Positions 11,765 through 22,400 of a stretch of 64,000 bases of DNA are shown piece after piece (the stretch's first letter is position 1; every line of letters starts with the position of its first letter). The position numbers and the translations under genes are program-made. The notes beneath the pieces were generated by a model, which ran no database searches, was not told the DNA's origin, and was given only the letters and a program-made list of their open reading frames with translations. The stretch lies in NCBI RefSeq assembly GCF_000142905.1, contig NW_013657617.1, forward strand, positions 113,211 through 177,210. Direction: 5' to 3'. This stretch comes from Thecamonas trahens ATCC 50062 (taxonomy: Eukaryota; Protista; Apusomonadida).

Positions 11765-12872
11765 GGTTCCGGTCCCCGCCCCCCCCCCCTCCCCATTCAT
11801 GCCTTCCCCCCCCCCGTTTGGGGCGGTCAGGTTGATGGTCCACTCCAAGGGGACTTTGATCACTTTCTTCTGCGGTAACGCGTAAAACACAAAGAGCGAG
11901 TAGTAGGACACCTTGCGGTCGATATTGGGCTGGACGAGCTTCAGGACGATCCCCGTGTATCATGTGGATGAGGCAAGCAATCAGGCCACCAACCCATCAC
12001 ACCATCATCTCGATTAAACTCTGGATCAGGCCATATCACGTCGTGGAAGGCCGTGAGGGTAGTGGCACGAGCAAAAAAGAATAAAAGCCTTCAGACGCGT
12101 TCCCCTCGATGCACCTCCGTAGAGGGCGCGATCATCGAGCCAGCCGACGCATGGTCGACAGGCGTGCCTCCTGCCCACGAGGGGAACGTCAGATCATCGA
12201 CAGACGTTTGTTAAGTTGTCTCAGTTGAAACTGAGAAAGAGCAATTTACACTTTCAATAGATCCTATCGAGTATGCAATCGCATCTTAAGCAAAGGCGTT
12301 CGCTCAATGACATACTCGCTCCGTCAAATTTGGCCCCTCCATGTATGGGTTTGCGTATACCGCCACCGCTGGGGCACTGCGCAGGCGCAACTGCTCGCCT
12401 CGCTCACTGTACACCACCATCACCATGCCATCTGTAAAGCCCACAACATCTCCACCTCCGTAGTACAACTGAATCTCCGCTACATGGCGTATTCCGTTCA
12501 CGAGTCACATCTCCGTCCCTCCATCCTCCGACCTGCCCTTCACCTCGCGTCCTCCTGCTTTGCCGCCAAGAGATGGATGGATGGATGGATCCGATCCAGT
12601 CGCCGGCATCGCATCCCATCGGGGAGCCTGTATGGGGGATCGGGGGACGAATCAACTGCAGAAAGTTGCCTAGATGGGGGTGGAGATGAAGGGGGGGAGA
12701 GATCGGAAAGAGGGCGAATAAGAGGGTGTAATTTGGGTGGGAAGGGAGAAAGTGTGTGTGTGGGAGGGGCCAGTCGCTGGCGCTCGATCTGGTCTTTTCT
12801 GAGATCAACAACCTCAGCGTGAGGCAACAGTGATCGCTCGCTGCAATTGTTCAATCACTACGCTCATTGCCC

Positions 12873-13661
12873 TCACGCGATCGTGACGGTCTCGACCTTG
12901 CCATCGGATAGTAGTTTGAGCAGATCGTATCTGCCGAGCCGGACCATGCCGCCGACAAAGACGCCTGTGGCAAGCTGGCCGAGACCGGCGATGACGCCAA
13001 GGGCCAACTGGCCGATGGCCCAACCGAGCGGAGCAACGGCGACCTGGCCGACGGCCATGAGCAGACCAAAGCAAGCCTGGCCAATGCCGGCGCCGTAGGA
13101 AAAGGTGACCCAGCCGAGGGCAAAGAGAACGCCAACGGGAAAGGCGCCGATGGCGATGCACGCCCGTGGGGCGCTGCCACAGCCACAGATGGGCCATCCG
13201 CAGATGCGGGCGGGCGTGTGGAAGGTGCCGTTCTCCCAGCCAGAGCGTGGCGGATCGTAGGGACGGATCTGTTCCGAAAGAAAGTCCATCGAGAGAGTGA
13301 GCGGACAGATCTCAAAGCCGCCCTCGCGCCGCCGCATCCGTTCGTTGGTCGTCGTCGTGTTGGACGCGCCGTACGCGTGCGAGTACTGCCCGCCCGAGTA
13401 CGTGGCCACGGCCGGACCACTATGGTTGCCAGCTGGCGGCTCAGGAATCGGTGCCGGTGGCGCAGATGGCACATTTGAGTAAGGCGATGAGCCGTAAGGC
13501 GTAAACGATGGCGGAGGTGCCCGGCCAGAGCCTTTTCCGTGGCCAACGCCCTGGCTGCCCGCGCCGGCATTGAAGCTCCCTGGCGTGTAGGCCACAGGCG
13601 AGGTCATGGGCACAGTGCCCTTGGCAGCAACAGCGGCGTCGTAAGGCGGTGGTGCAGCCAT
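12873..13661 (-). CDS. Hypothetical protein: Pro-rich N-terminus and Gly-rich hydrophobic C-terminal repeats
   Basis: 262-aa ATG ORF. PPPY motif near the start; C-terminal repeats ACIAIGAFPVG..GIGQACFG..AVGQVAV..AIGQLALG..GLGQLATG. Confidence 0.7.
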   Translation of the reverse strand: MAAPPPYDAAVAAKGTVPMTSPVAYTPGSFNAGAGSQGVGHGKGSGRAPPPSFTPYGSSPYSNVPSAPPAPIPEPPAGNHSGPAVATYSGGQYSHAYGASNTTTTNERMRRREGGFEICPLTLSMDFLSEQIRPYDPPRSGWENGTFHTPARICGWPICGCGSAPRACIAIGAFPVGVLFALGWVTFSYGAGIGQACFGLLMAVGQVAVAPLGWAIGQLALGVIAGLGQLATGVFVGGMVRLGRYDLLKLLSDGKVETVTIA

Positions 13662-14478
13662 GGCAATGGTGTAGCAGACAAGCCTTTGCTCTCGTCCCGC
13701 ACACCGTCTGCGCTTGCGCTCGTGCTCGTGCTCAACCGACGTGTGCGTGATTGGAAGCTGCTGGCCGCGTCACTCGTTTTTTTTTCATTGGTCGCCGTAC
13801 TGCGGTGCAACTGACGATGGGGCTGGGTATGGGCAAGTGATGCGAGCGAAGAGAGAGGCTTGTAGAGAATGGCATAGAGAAGCTGATGGTATTCGTGGAT
13901 GGGTCATGGGAATGGAGCATGCGGAGCAAGGGCGCTGAGCTGACAATGTGTTCGCGTGGCGTCGGCGTGATACCAAGAACTCGGCGGCGTGGTTTTTGCA
14001 TGCGCGAGTTTTCTGGATGGTTGGTTGATGGCCAGTATCAGCCATCCCTTGATGTGCGTATGATTGCGTGTATGTGGGATGGGGTGTGCTGGCGGTGGGT
14101 GGGTGGGTGGGTGAGGGTGTGCGGCGCGGATGGGGGGTCATGACCTTCAAAAAGCCCCACCGCTAACACAGAGCCGGGTCGGCGTCCCTCGTACTCTATC
14201 CCCCCTCCCCCTCCCCCCCCCCCTCCTAAACTCGATCGGGGCTTTCCCAGCCTCTAATCCCTCCCCCAACCGCTCCCCCCACCCCCTCTCTCTCCCCTCC
14301 CTACACCTTTCCAACCCTTCCACCCACCCCACCCCTCCCCCCCGAAAATATTATCCTCCACCCCCCACCCCCCACCCCCCCCTCACCCACCGCCCACCGC
14401 CCATTCCGTCCAACCTGCCCTCCACCCACCTCCCTGACCACGGCTACACCTCACCCACTCCCTTCCCCCCCCTCCCAC

Positions 14479-14578
14479 NNNNNNNNNNNNNNNNNNNNNN
14501 NNNNNNNNNNNNNNNNNNNNNNNNNNNNNNNNNNNNNNNNNNNNNNNNNNNNNNNNNNNNNNNNNNNNNNNNNNNNNN
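14479..14578. other. Assembly gap (100 N)
   Basis: Run of N followed by (AC)n. Confidence 1.
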
Positions 14579-14717
14579 ACACACACACACACACACACAC
14601 ACACAGACGCAAACACTTCAACAACCCCTCCTTATCCTCTGTACTCTACCTCGTCGGTTGGTGGTAGAAGTGCCCGTGCCCGTGCTCTCTCTACTCTCTG
14701 TACTCTGCTCACCTCTG

Positions 14718-16291
14718 ATGGCCATGTCGGGACTGGTGGCGGTGGTGGTCGTCGGCATGTTGATGGTCTTGGTGGGACTGGTGGGAACTGTGGTGGTGGC
14801 GCAAGAACAAAACGTACCGGTGTATGATGAGATTCGTGTGGATGTCAATGTGAGTGGCACCTTTCGCATTCCGGCTGCTGGGGAAGAGTACTCGGAGCTG
14901 ACCGAGTACTACTATCGCATCAATGCTCCGTCGTCAGCTCCGCACATTGCTCTCGCCTTTGATTCCGTCTTGACAGAATGTGGTTGGGACTTTCTCTACG
15001 TTCATGATGGCCAGGACAAGGAGGCACCTCTTGCTCTTGCCTTTGCGCAGACAAACAATGTCTCGCTTCCGCCGGTCGTCTACTCGTCGTCCAACGCGCT
15101 CTTCCTCCACTTTCACTCAGATCCCTACGTTGTGGGCAAGGGCATCGAGGCTGCGGTCGCCTTTTCGCCGTGTCCGCGCGCATGCTCGGGCAACGGGGCG
15201 TGTGTGGCAGGCGCCAATGGGACGTACGCGTGCGAGTGCAGTGCGCCGTTCTCAGGCCCGCGGTGCGACACGCTGTCGGCGCCGGACCCGCGGCCGGCGT
15301 GCGCCACCGCCGACCTGTGCAAGTGCCCAGGCGACTTTACCACTAGCCATGACGTGTTCCTGGAAGACGCCGGGGCTGCCGAGCTGCGGACGATGCAGCG
15401 GGCGCTGGAGACGTGCTCCACTTTTGGCATGGACGTGGTGAGTCTGCCGGCGTGCAAAGCGTGTTCGCGGGCGGTTCCGACGCCGGCGTCGTCGACGGTC
15501 TTTGTCGCTGAGGCCTGCACCTGCAACCTGGCGTGCGTCAACGGGACGTGCGACCTTGGCTCGCAGCGGTGCCTCTGCCAGCCCGGGTACTACGGCATCC
15601 TCTGTGACACGGTGACGCCGATCTCGACCTCGGGCTACACTGGAGCCTCGCCGCCGTCGACCTACAGCGGCTCGACGACGCTCTCCAACATCTTTGTCCT
15701 CGTTGTCCTCACTCTCCTTGTCTTTATCGTCGTCGTCGCCATCATGCTCTGCAAGCACCGCCGCCCGCAGGCGCCCATCCAAATCCACCAAAACGTGCCG
15801 CGGTTGCGGTGCTCGGTCCCGCTGTTCATTGTCGACCTGCCCGCCGCCCGCGCCGCAGTCTCCTCACCCTCGCCCGACCCTTCCCCATCGTCATCGAGCA
15901 CCGCAATACGACCAAGACGTACTTTGTCGTCCACGGGCCGTGGCCGACTCCGTCACAACCGCCGCTCTTGGGTTTGGGCTCGGGCTTCTCCGCCGACAAC
16001 GCCTCCGACACCACCGCTGCTCTTGCCGCTCTCCGAGTCGGCGTCGTCGTTGAGTATGCTGCTGTTCATTCGCTCCACCTCAGGTCGTCGGTTGTCGCCC
16101 GCATCAAGCCCCGCCGCCCTCGCTCCGCATCGACATGCTCGTGCTCCTCTATCGCGCTCGGCCCGATCCTGCCTGGCACGCTTGCCGCCAGCATCTCGCC
16201 GTCTGCAGCCACCCTCGGCCCGACCTCCCGCCGCGACACTTCCTCCTCCTCCTCCTCCTCCTCGTCATTCTCCCGAGACTTAAGTCGATGA
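14718..16291 (+). CDS. Attractin/MEGF8-like type I membrane protein (signal peptide, CUB, EGF-like repeats, TM); probable frameshift near 15850
   Basis: CUB segment LAFDSVLTECGWDFLYVHDG..LFLHFHSD leads into CPRACSGNGAC..CECSAPFSGPRC. Second EGF CVNGTC..CLCQPGYYGILC. TM IFVLVVLTLLVFIVVVAIML. The alternative frame 15851-16291 gives a more protein-like tail. Confidence 0.75.
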
Positions 16292-16585
16292 TCTATGTTA
16301 TCTGGGAGCGGCCTAGGAGTGGGCAGTGAGAAGCGGGGAGTGGGAAGTGGAAGCGGTTGTGCGAGTAGATGGCCCGACCCCTCCCCCCCCCCCCCCTCTC
16401 CTCTCCCCACCGGTGTCTATTGCTGTCATCGGTGGTAAATGGCTGCCCAGTTTCTCCCGCTGCCAAGCCACTCGGACAGCCCCAGCCGACCGCCATCACC
16501 CCCCGCCTTCCTTTGCAAAGCACACTCCACCCCCCCCCTCCCCGATGCGACTTTTTGAGGCAATCCCCCCCCCCCCACACTCTCT

Positions 16586-18702
16586 ATGAGCTACTCGTAC
16601 TACTCGGCCTCGGACGAGTCTGTCGATGACCTCCATGTACGTGGTGGCGGAGACCACCTGCGGGAGACGACGACGGCCACGACCAGGGAGTCGGCCACGG
16701 GCCCGGGCACGACCAGGGAGTCGGCCACGGGCCCGGGCACGGGCACGGCAATGACGACAGGGGGACGACGCACGGGGAAGAGCGCAGGCTCGCAAAGTGG
16801 TGGACATTCGGCTGGTCGCCACTCGCATGCAGGTGGTGATGTCAAGGGGTTTTCCCAGGATAGGGCTGCTCGGCGAGGTGGTGCGGGTCATGCCGCCGCG
16901 GCAATGTCACCATCACCAGGCAAGCAGTCGGTCTTGTCGGCAAGGGACAAGCTTCGCAAGCTGCAGGAGGAGCACGCTCTGCTGGTTCAGAGGCGTGAGG
17001 CGAGACTGGCGGCCGATGGGAGAACAGGCGGCGGCAGCGGCGGCGGCGGTCAGAGCAAGAGCAAGAGCAAGAGCAAGAGCAAGACCGGAAGCGAGGAAGG
17101 TCAGGCGGTCGGGGGTCAGGGCACGACGGCGGGCACGCCTTCGAGCCTCCTTTCCAAGCACCGCAAGCTGATGGAGGAGCATGTCAAGCTGCAGGCGCGA
17201 CAGTCGCTGAGACGGTCGCAGCTGCTGCGGAAGCGGGCCAAGTCGCAGTACATGACCGAGCTCTTCGACCGTGCGACGGCCAAGTGTCTGACGCCCAAGG
17301 CGGCACCGCTGGAGCGGCTCGCGCCGTCGCAGCTGAAGCGCGTACTCTCGACCTCGCCGGCCTCGCCACTGGTCTCGACCGACTCGGAGCGGCTGCTTGC
17401 GCTGATGGACGAAACGCCGCGCGGGAGCACGGCAAGCGGGAGGAGCGGGAGCGGGAGTGGCGGGCAGTCCGACTCGTACGTCTCGTCCGAATCGACGACC
17501 GACGGCGGCGAGGCGCGTGCGCCTGTGCCGGACCTCGGCTTTGCGTTCTCGGCCTCGCTCTCCAACACCCGGTACACGCTGGAGCGGGTGATCGGCGAGG
17601 GTGCGTTTGCGCGGGTCCTCTGCGCCCGCGGCTCAGACCCGCAGCGGACGGCGTATGCGGTCAAGCAACTGGTCGACGTCCAGAGCTCGCTGGACAATGT
17701 GGTCGATGAGGTCAAGCTCACGGCCAAGGTTGCGTCGCATCCGTGCATTGTCTCGTACTTTGACGCCGTCTACGAGCCGTCGGCCGACGTCATGCACATG
17801 GTCCTCGAGTACTGTGGTGACGGAACGCTCAAGGACGAGCTCGACGCAGAAGCAGGCACTGGCGCTGGCAAGTGGGCGCAGGACAAGGTGCTTGTGCACT
17901 TGCTGCAGATCCTGCTTGCGGTCGAGTTTATGCACGCCAACGGGGTCCTCCACCGCGACCTCAAGTCGGAGAACGTGTTCCTCATCGACGATCCGCTCGG
18001 CCTCCGGGTCCGCATCGGTGACTTTGGCCTTGCCGAGCAGGTCCACGCCCCGGGCCTCGACGCGCGCACAAACCTCGAGGGCCAGTCCAAGGCGCAGGGC
18101 ACGTTTCTCTACATGGCGCCCGAAGTCATCACCGGCGAGCACTACTCCAAGGCTGCAGACATGTGGTCGGTCGGCTGCATCTTGTACGAGATGGCCAATT
18201 CGGGCATCTCGGCCTTTGGCAATGGGTACAATGGCTACCGCTCGCTCGTCGACAACATTGTCAAGGTCGACGTGGCTCCGCTCGACCCGGCGCTCTACCA
18301 CCCGGCGCTCTCGGACATTGCGCTCTCGCTGCTTGCTGTCGAGCCAGCCAAGCGCCCGCTCGCCTCTCAGCTCTTGGCCCATCCCCTCCTCATCGACGCC
18401 TTTGCCCGCCTGTTTCCCGTTCGCGTTCAGGAGACACTCCTGGCTGCTACCCGCCGCATCGAGGGCACGCCGTCGCCGCTTGCCCTCGCCCGCGCCAAGT
18501 CTCGCGTCCACCCGCTCCGTCCTATCCGCCCGCTCGTCTTCACCCCGGTCCGTCGTCCGCAGTCCCAGCGTGCGCCCGAAACCCGCACCCAGCCTCGGCC
18601 TAAGAGCAAGGCCAAGTCCAAGTCCAAGGTCAAGGCCAAGGTCAAGGCCAAGGCCAAGGTCAAGGCCAAGGTCAAGGCCAAGGTCAAGGCCAAGGCCAAG
18701 AG

Positions 18703-18751
<49 letters not shown>

Positions 18752-19114
18752 CGGAGCCGACGACATCAGTCGGCATCGGCGTCGGGTGACGGTCGCGTTG
18801 CGGCGGCAGCTGCGCCTGAAGCCACCAGCCAGAGCTTGAGTCAGATCAAGAGCCAGAGCCAGAGCCAGAGTCGGGGCCAGAGTCGGGGCCAGAGTCGGGG
18901 CCAGAGTCAGAGCCAGAGCCGGAGGCAGCGGACACCGACAGCCGACACCCCGGATGGAACTCGGCGCAAGCACCGGCACCGCCACCGCGAGCCTACTTCG
19001 CCGTCCGGCAGCAGCGAGAAGAAGAAGCGCCGGCATCACCGCTCGCATGATAGCGAGTCGCGCAGCCGCACCTCTCGCAGCCGCACGTCGCGGAGCCGCA
19101 CTTCGCGTGCATGA
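16586..19114 (+). CDS. NIMA/NEK-like Ser/Thr protein kinase with low-complexity N- and C-terminal extensions
   Basis: 842-aa ORF with IGEGAFARV, YAVK, HPCIVSY, LEYCGDGTL, HRDLKSENVFL, GDFG, GTFLYMAPE and ADMWSVGCILYEM. Confidence 0.88.
16679..16740 (+). repeat. 30-bp tandem duplication within the kinase CDS (TTRESATGPG x2)
   Basis: acgaccagggagtcggccacgggcccgggc occurs twice in tandem. Confidence 0.9.
18600..18920 (+). repeat. Coding minisatellites encoding (KAKV)n and (SQ)n
   Basis: aaggccaaggtc and agccag repeats are directly visible. Confidence 0.9.
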
Positions 19115-19470
19115 TCATGCCCATCGCGCAGCCTACCGCCCATTGCGCCGCCTGACCATCCTGACCGCTGATAAAGACGCGCCTGCAGCCCACGGCCCGC
19201 GCCCACCAACCACCAACCACCAACCATCGGCCACTGCACTCGATGTTCGGTTCTCGGGTGCACATCGGGCCGACCCGGCCAGCCAAGGCAGGCCATTCCG
19301 GAGGTGGCCGAGCAGTGCCACGGTTCACCACTGTCGTCACACGCTCACCACACACTGGTATGTCCCCACAACCGTCCCACCCTTTTCTCCTTCCTGCCCA
19401 TGACCAACCCGCCGTTGCGCCTGCCTGGCTTTCTTCCATTCTGATCACATTCTGATCAAGGGTGACGATC

Positions 19471-22400
19471 ATGACCGCTTTACAGAAAAAAGCCTTCAAA
19501 CTCGCTCACTCACACTCCCTTTCCTCACCGCGCACCGCTGCAGGGCTATGGGTGGCACAGCGGGTACCGACGGCATCGTTTCCCTCAGTCACCGATGCCA
19601 GCGCTCGGGGCGGAGCTCTTGACCCGCTGAAAACGCCACTCCGCTCGGTTGCCGGCCGCTCGATTGGCAGGGGGGTCGCCAGCTCGCCGGCCACTCCGTA
19701 CTCGCCGGCCGGGCCGTTCACGCCGACGCCGGCCAAGATCCGGGCGCGCGAAGCAGCCCAGCGGATCGAGGCCGAGTATGAGCCAGGCAATGGCAAATGC
19801 GACGGCCCTGCGGTGCTGTGCCTCGATGCGGTGGCGGTCGATGCCGCGCCGGCGGTCTCCGTGGGTCGGATGGACGAGACCGTGCCTCCACCGCGTCCGC
19901 CCAGCCCACCGCCGCCGCCGGGTGCGGCGTCATCGACGCCGGACGCAGGCACTCAAGTCGACGAGCCGCAGTTTGATCAGGGCATGCTCGCCAGGATCAA
20001 GGCGTACGCGCCACCAAACGCCCCGGGCGCCCCGGAGTTTGGCGACGAGTATGTGGTGGCGCTCAAGGACACGCTCAAGCGTGGAGGCATGTTCTACGGC
20101 CTCGAGCTTCACGTCGCGCAGGCCGCGGTTCGCGTCTATGTCCATCGCGGGCCCATCTCCGGCCTCGCTGGAGGCATTGCGGCGCGGACCTGTGTTGCTC
20201 CGGGTGTCCACGAGGCGTACTACCCCGCGAGCCTCGGCGAGGCCAAGGCGCTCTACGTCAGGCTCTTCAACGAGTACACAGCTGCGGGCTACCGCAAGAT
20301 CGAGCTCCTCTCGGCGGTCATTGGCTCGGCGGTTGCGGTCGCAGCCTCGGCCGCGCTGTGCTGCACCGCCGACGGGCCGCGGACCTCTTCGCTGCCAGCC
20401 GCAACCCAAGCGCTCGTCACTCTCCTCTTTGACGAGGCCACCGAGTGGATCGAGCGCAACCTCAACGGCGGGCGGGTGACCGCTGCCGGCATCGAGACGC
20501 CGATGGGCGCGCTCTCGGCGTCGCAGGTCCGCACCGCAGGCATCGCCCTTGCTGAGCTCTTCTACGCCTTTCTCTCTGGCATGCCGCAGACGGCGCCACA
20601 AGACTACCAGGCACTAGTTTCGAGCTTCTACGACGCGCTCCCCGCCCTCAACCGGGTGACCTTTACCGAGCTCGCGCACTTTGACGGACTTGACGAGCTC
20701 CTTGCCGCCATGGCCGACCTTCTGGTCGTCAACGAGGCAACCGGCGGCGCCAGCATCTTCTCGCGCGGCGCTGTCGACGCGCAGTTCCGCACGCTACACA
20801 CACACATCACGCCGCTGGTGCCGTCATCGCCACTCTACCGCCAGGTCTCCCAGTCGCTCCTCCGCTCGCAGGTGGCCGGCAAGCAGACGCGCATCAAGGT
20901 CGTCTCGATGTACAAGATGGCCCGGCCGGAGGAGTCGGCCGTCTTCCGCTCCGACCTCGGAAACGTGCAGCAGCTCTATCACGGGTCGCGAGCTGGAAAC
21001 TTTGTGGGCATCCTCTCACGCGGCTTGCAGCTGCCGACAGTGGTTGTCAAGCGGTACGGCGGCGAGCGGTACGACGTCGGCCGGCTCGGCGCCGGACTTT
21101 ATTTTTCCGACGCCGCCTCGACTGCTATCGCCTACGCCTCGCCGTCGGCACGGGGCACCCGGTTCATTGCTGTCTACTCGGTTGCGCTCGGCAAAGTCTA
21201 CCCAGTCTCATCCGAGCGGCAAGCATGGGTCGCGCCGCCGGCCGGCTACCACTCGGTCCGGGCCAAGTCGGTCCTTGCCGATCCGCGCTCCCAGTTCGAG
21301 GACGACGAGTACGTGGTCTACGCCACGGACCAGGTCCGCCTCGACTACCTCGTCGAGGTCACCGCCTACGGTGAGGTGGCGCAGCGCGGGCGCGAGCCAC
21401 CGGCTCTGCTCTCGGCTGGCTCGCGCGCGCCGCAGCACCCGGACGCGCTGGACTCGGACGGGGACGAGTCGTACGATTCATCGGAGGACTCGGACGCGCC
21501 GGGCTCTCTCGCCGCGCTACGCTCAGTCATCAGCGCCCACAGTGAGTACACGCCGAGCATGGACCCGAAGGATCCGCACGGCTCCAAGGCCGGGCCAGAC
21601 CCGGGTCCTGTTGGCCTCCTCGCCAAGAGCGCGTCGGGAGGCGGCGAGTCGCCGGTCCCGCTCGTCGGCGTCCATGTCCGCGGGCGGATGGTCGACCTTG
21701 TTGGCGAAATCCTGCTGTTGCAAGAGTACACCAACCCGTCGACGGACACCATCGAGGCGCGTTACGTCTTTCCTCTCAACGAGGGCTGCGCTGTCTGCGG
21801 CTTTGAGGCCTTTATTAACGGCAAGCACGTTGTCGGCGTAGTCAAGGAGAAGGAGGAGGCCCGCCGCGAGTACCGCAAGGCCGTCGCCGCCGGCCACGGC
21901 GCATACCTCATGGAGGAGGAGAAGGCCGACTTGTTCACGGTCTCGGTCGGCAATTTGCCGCCTGGCGCGAGCGTGCTCATCAAGGTCAAGTACGTGACGG
22001 AGCTCGGCATGGACGGCGACGACATTGTGTTCTCGCTGCCGGCGCACATTGCGCCGAGCACCGCAGCCACGGCCGCGCTCTCGCGGGTCCTTCAGTCCAA
22101 GACGTCGACGGTGGCTATGGCCGCCGGCTCGGGTGCTCCGGGTGGCACTCCGATCACGGTCCAGCTCGCACTCGACATGCCGTACGCCATCACTCGGCTC
22201 GAGTCGCTCTATCATCCGATTCGGGCACGGCAGACCGAGACCAAGGCCACGGTCGAGCTTGTCGGTCAGCCTGTCGGCATGGGCGGTGCCGACTTTGTGC
22301 TTCTTGTCCGCATTGAGAAGCCGCATGAGCCACGGATGTGGATCGAGGTCAACGAGGCCGGCCACCGCGCGTGCATGCTCTCGTTCTATCCGCAGTTTGA

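Noticed and set aside
11765-12830. Lower-GC stretch with short protein-like frames (..NIDRKVSYYSLFVFYALPQKKVIKVPLEW..; 12304..12501)
   Set aside because: Could be a relic of a gene or mobile element, but there is no start, domain motif, terminal repeat or target-site duplication that I can identify.
19140-19600. Possible degenerate BRCT upstream of PARP4
   Set aside because: Only vague resemblance across several frames; not supportable without a profile search.
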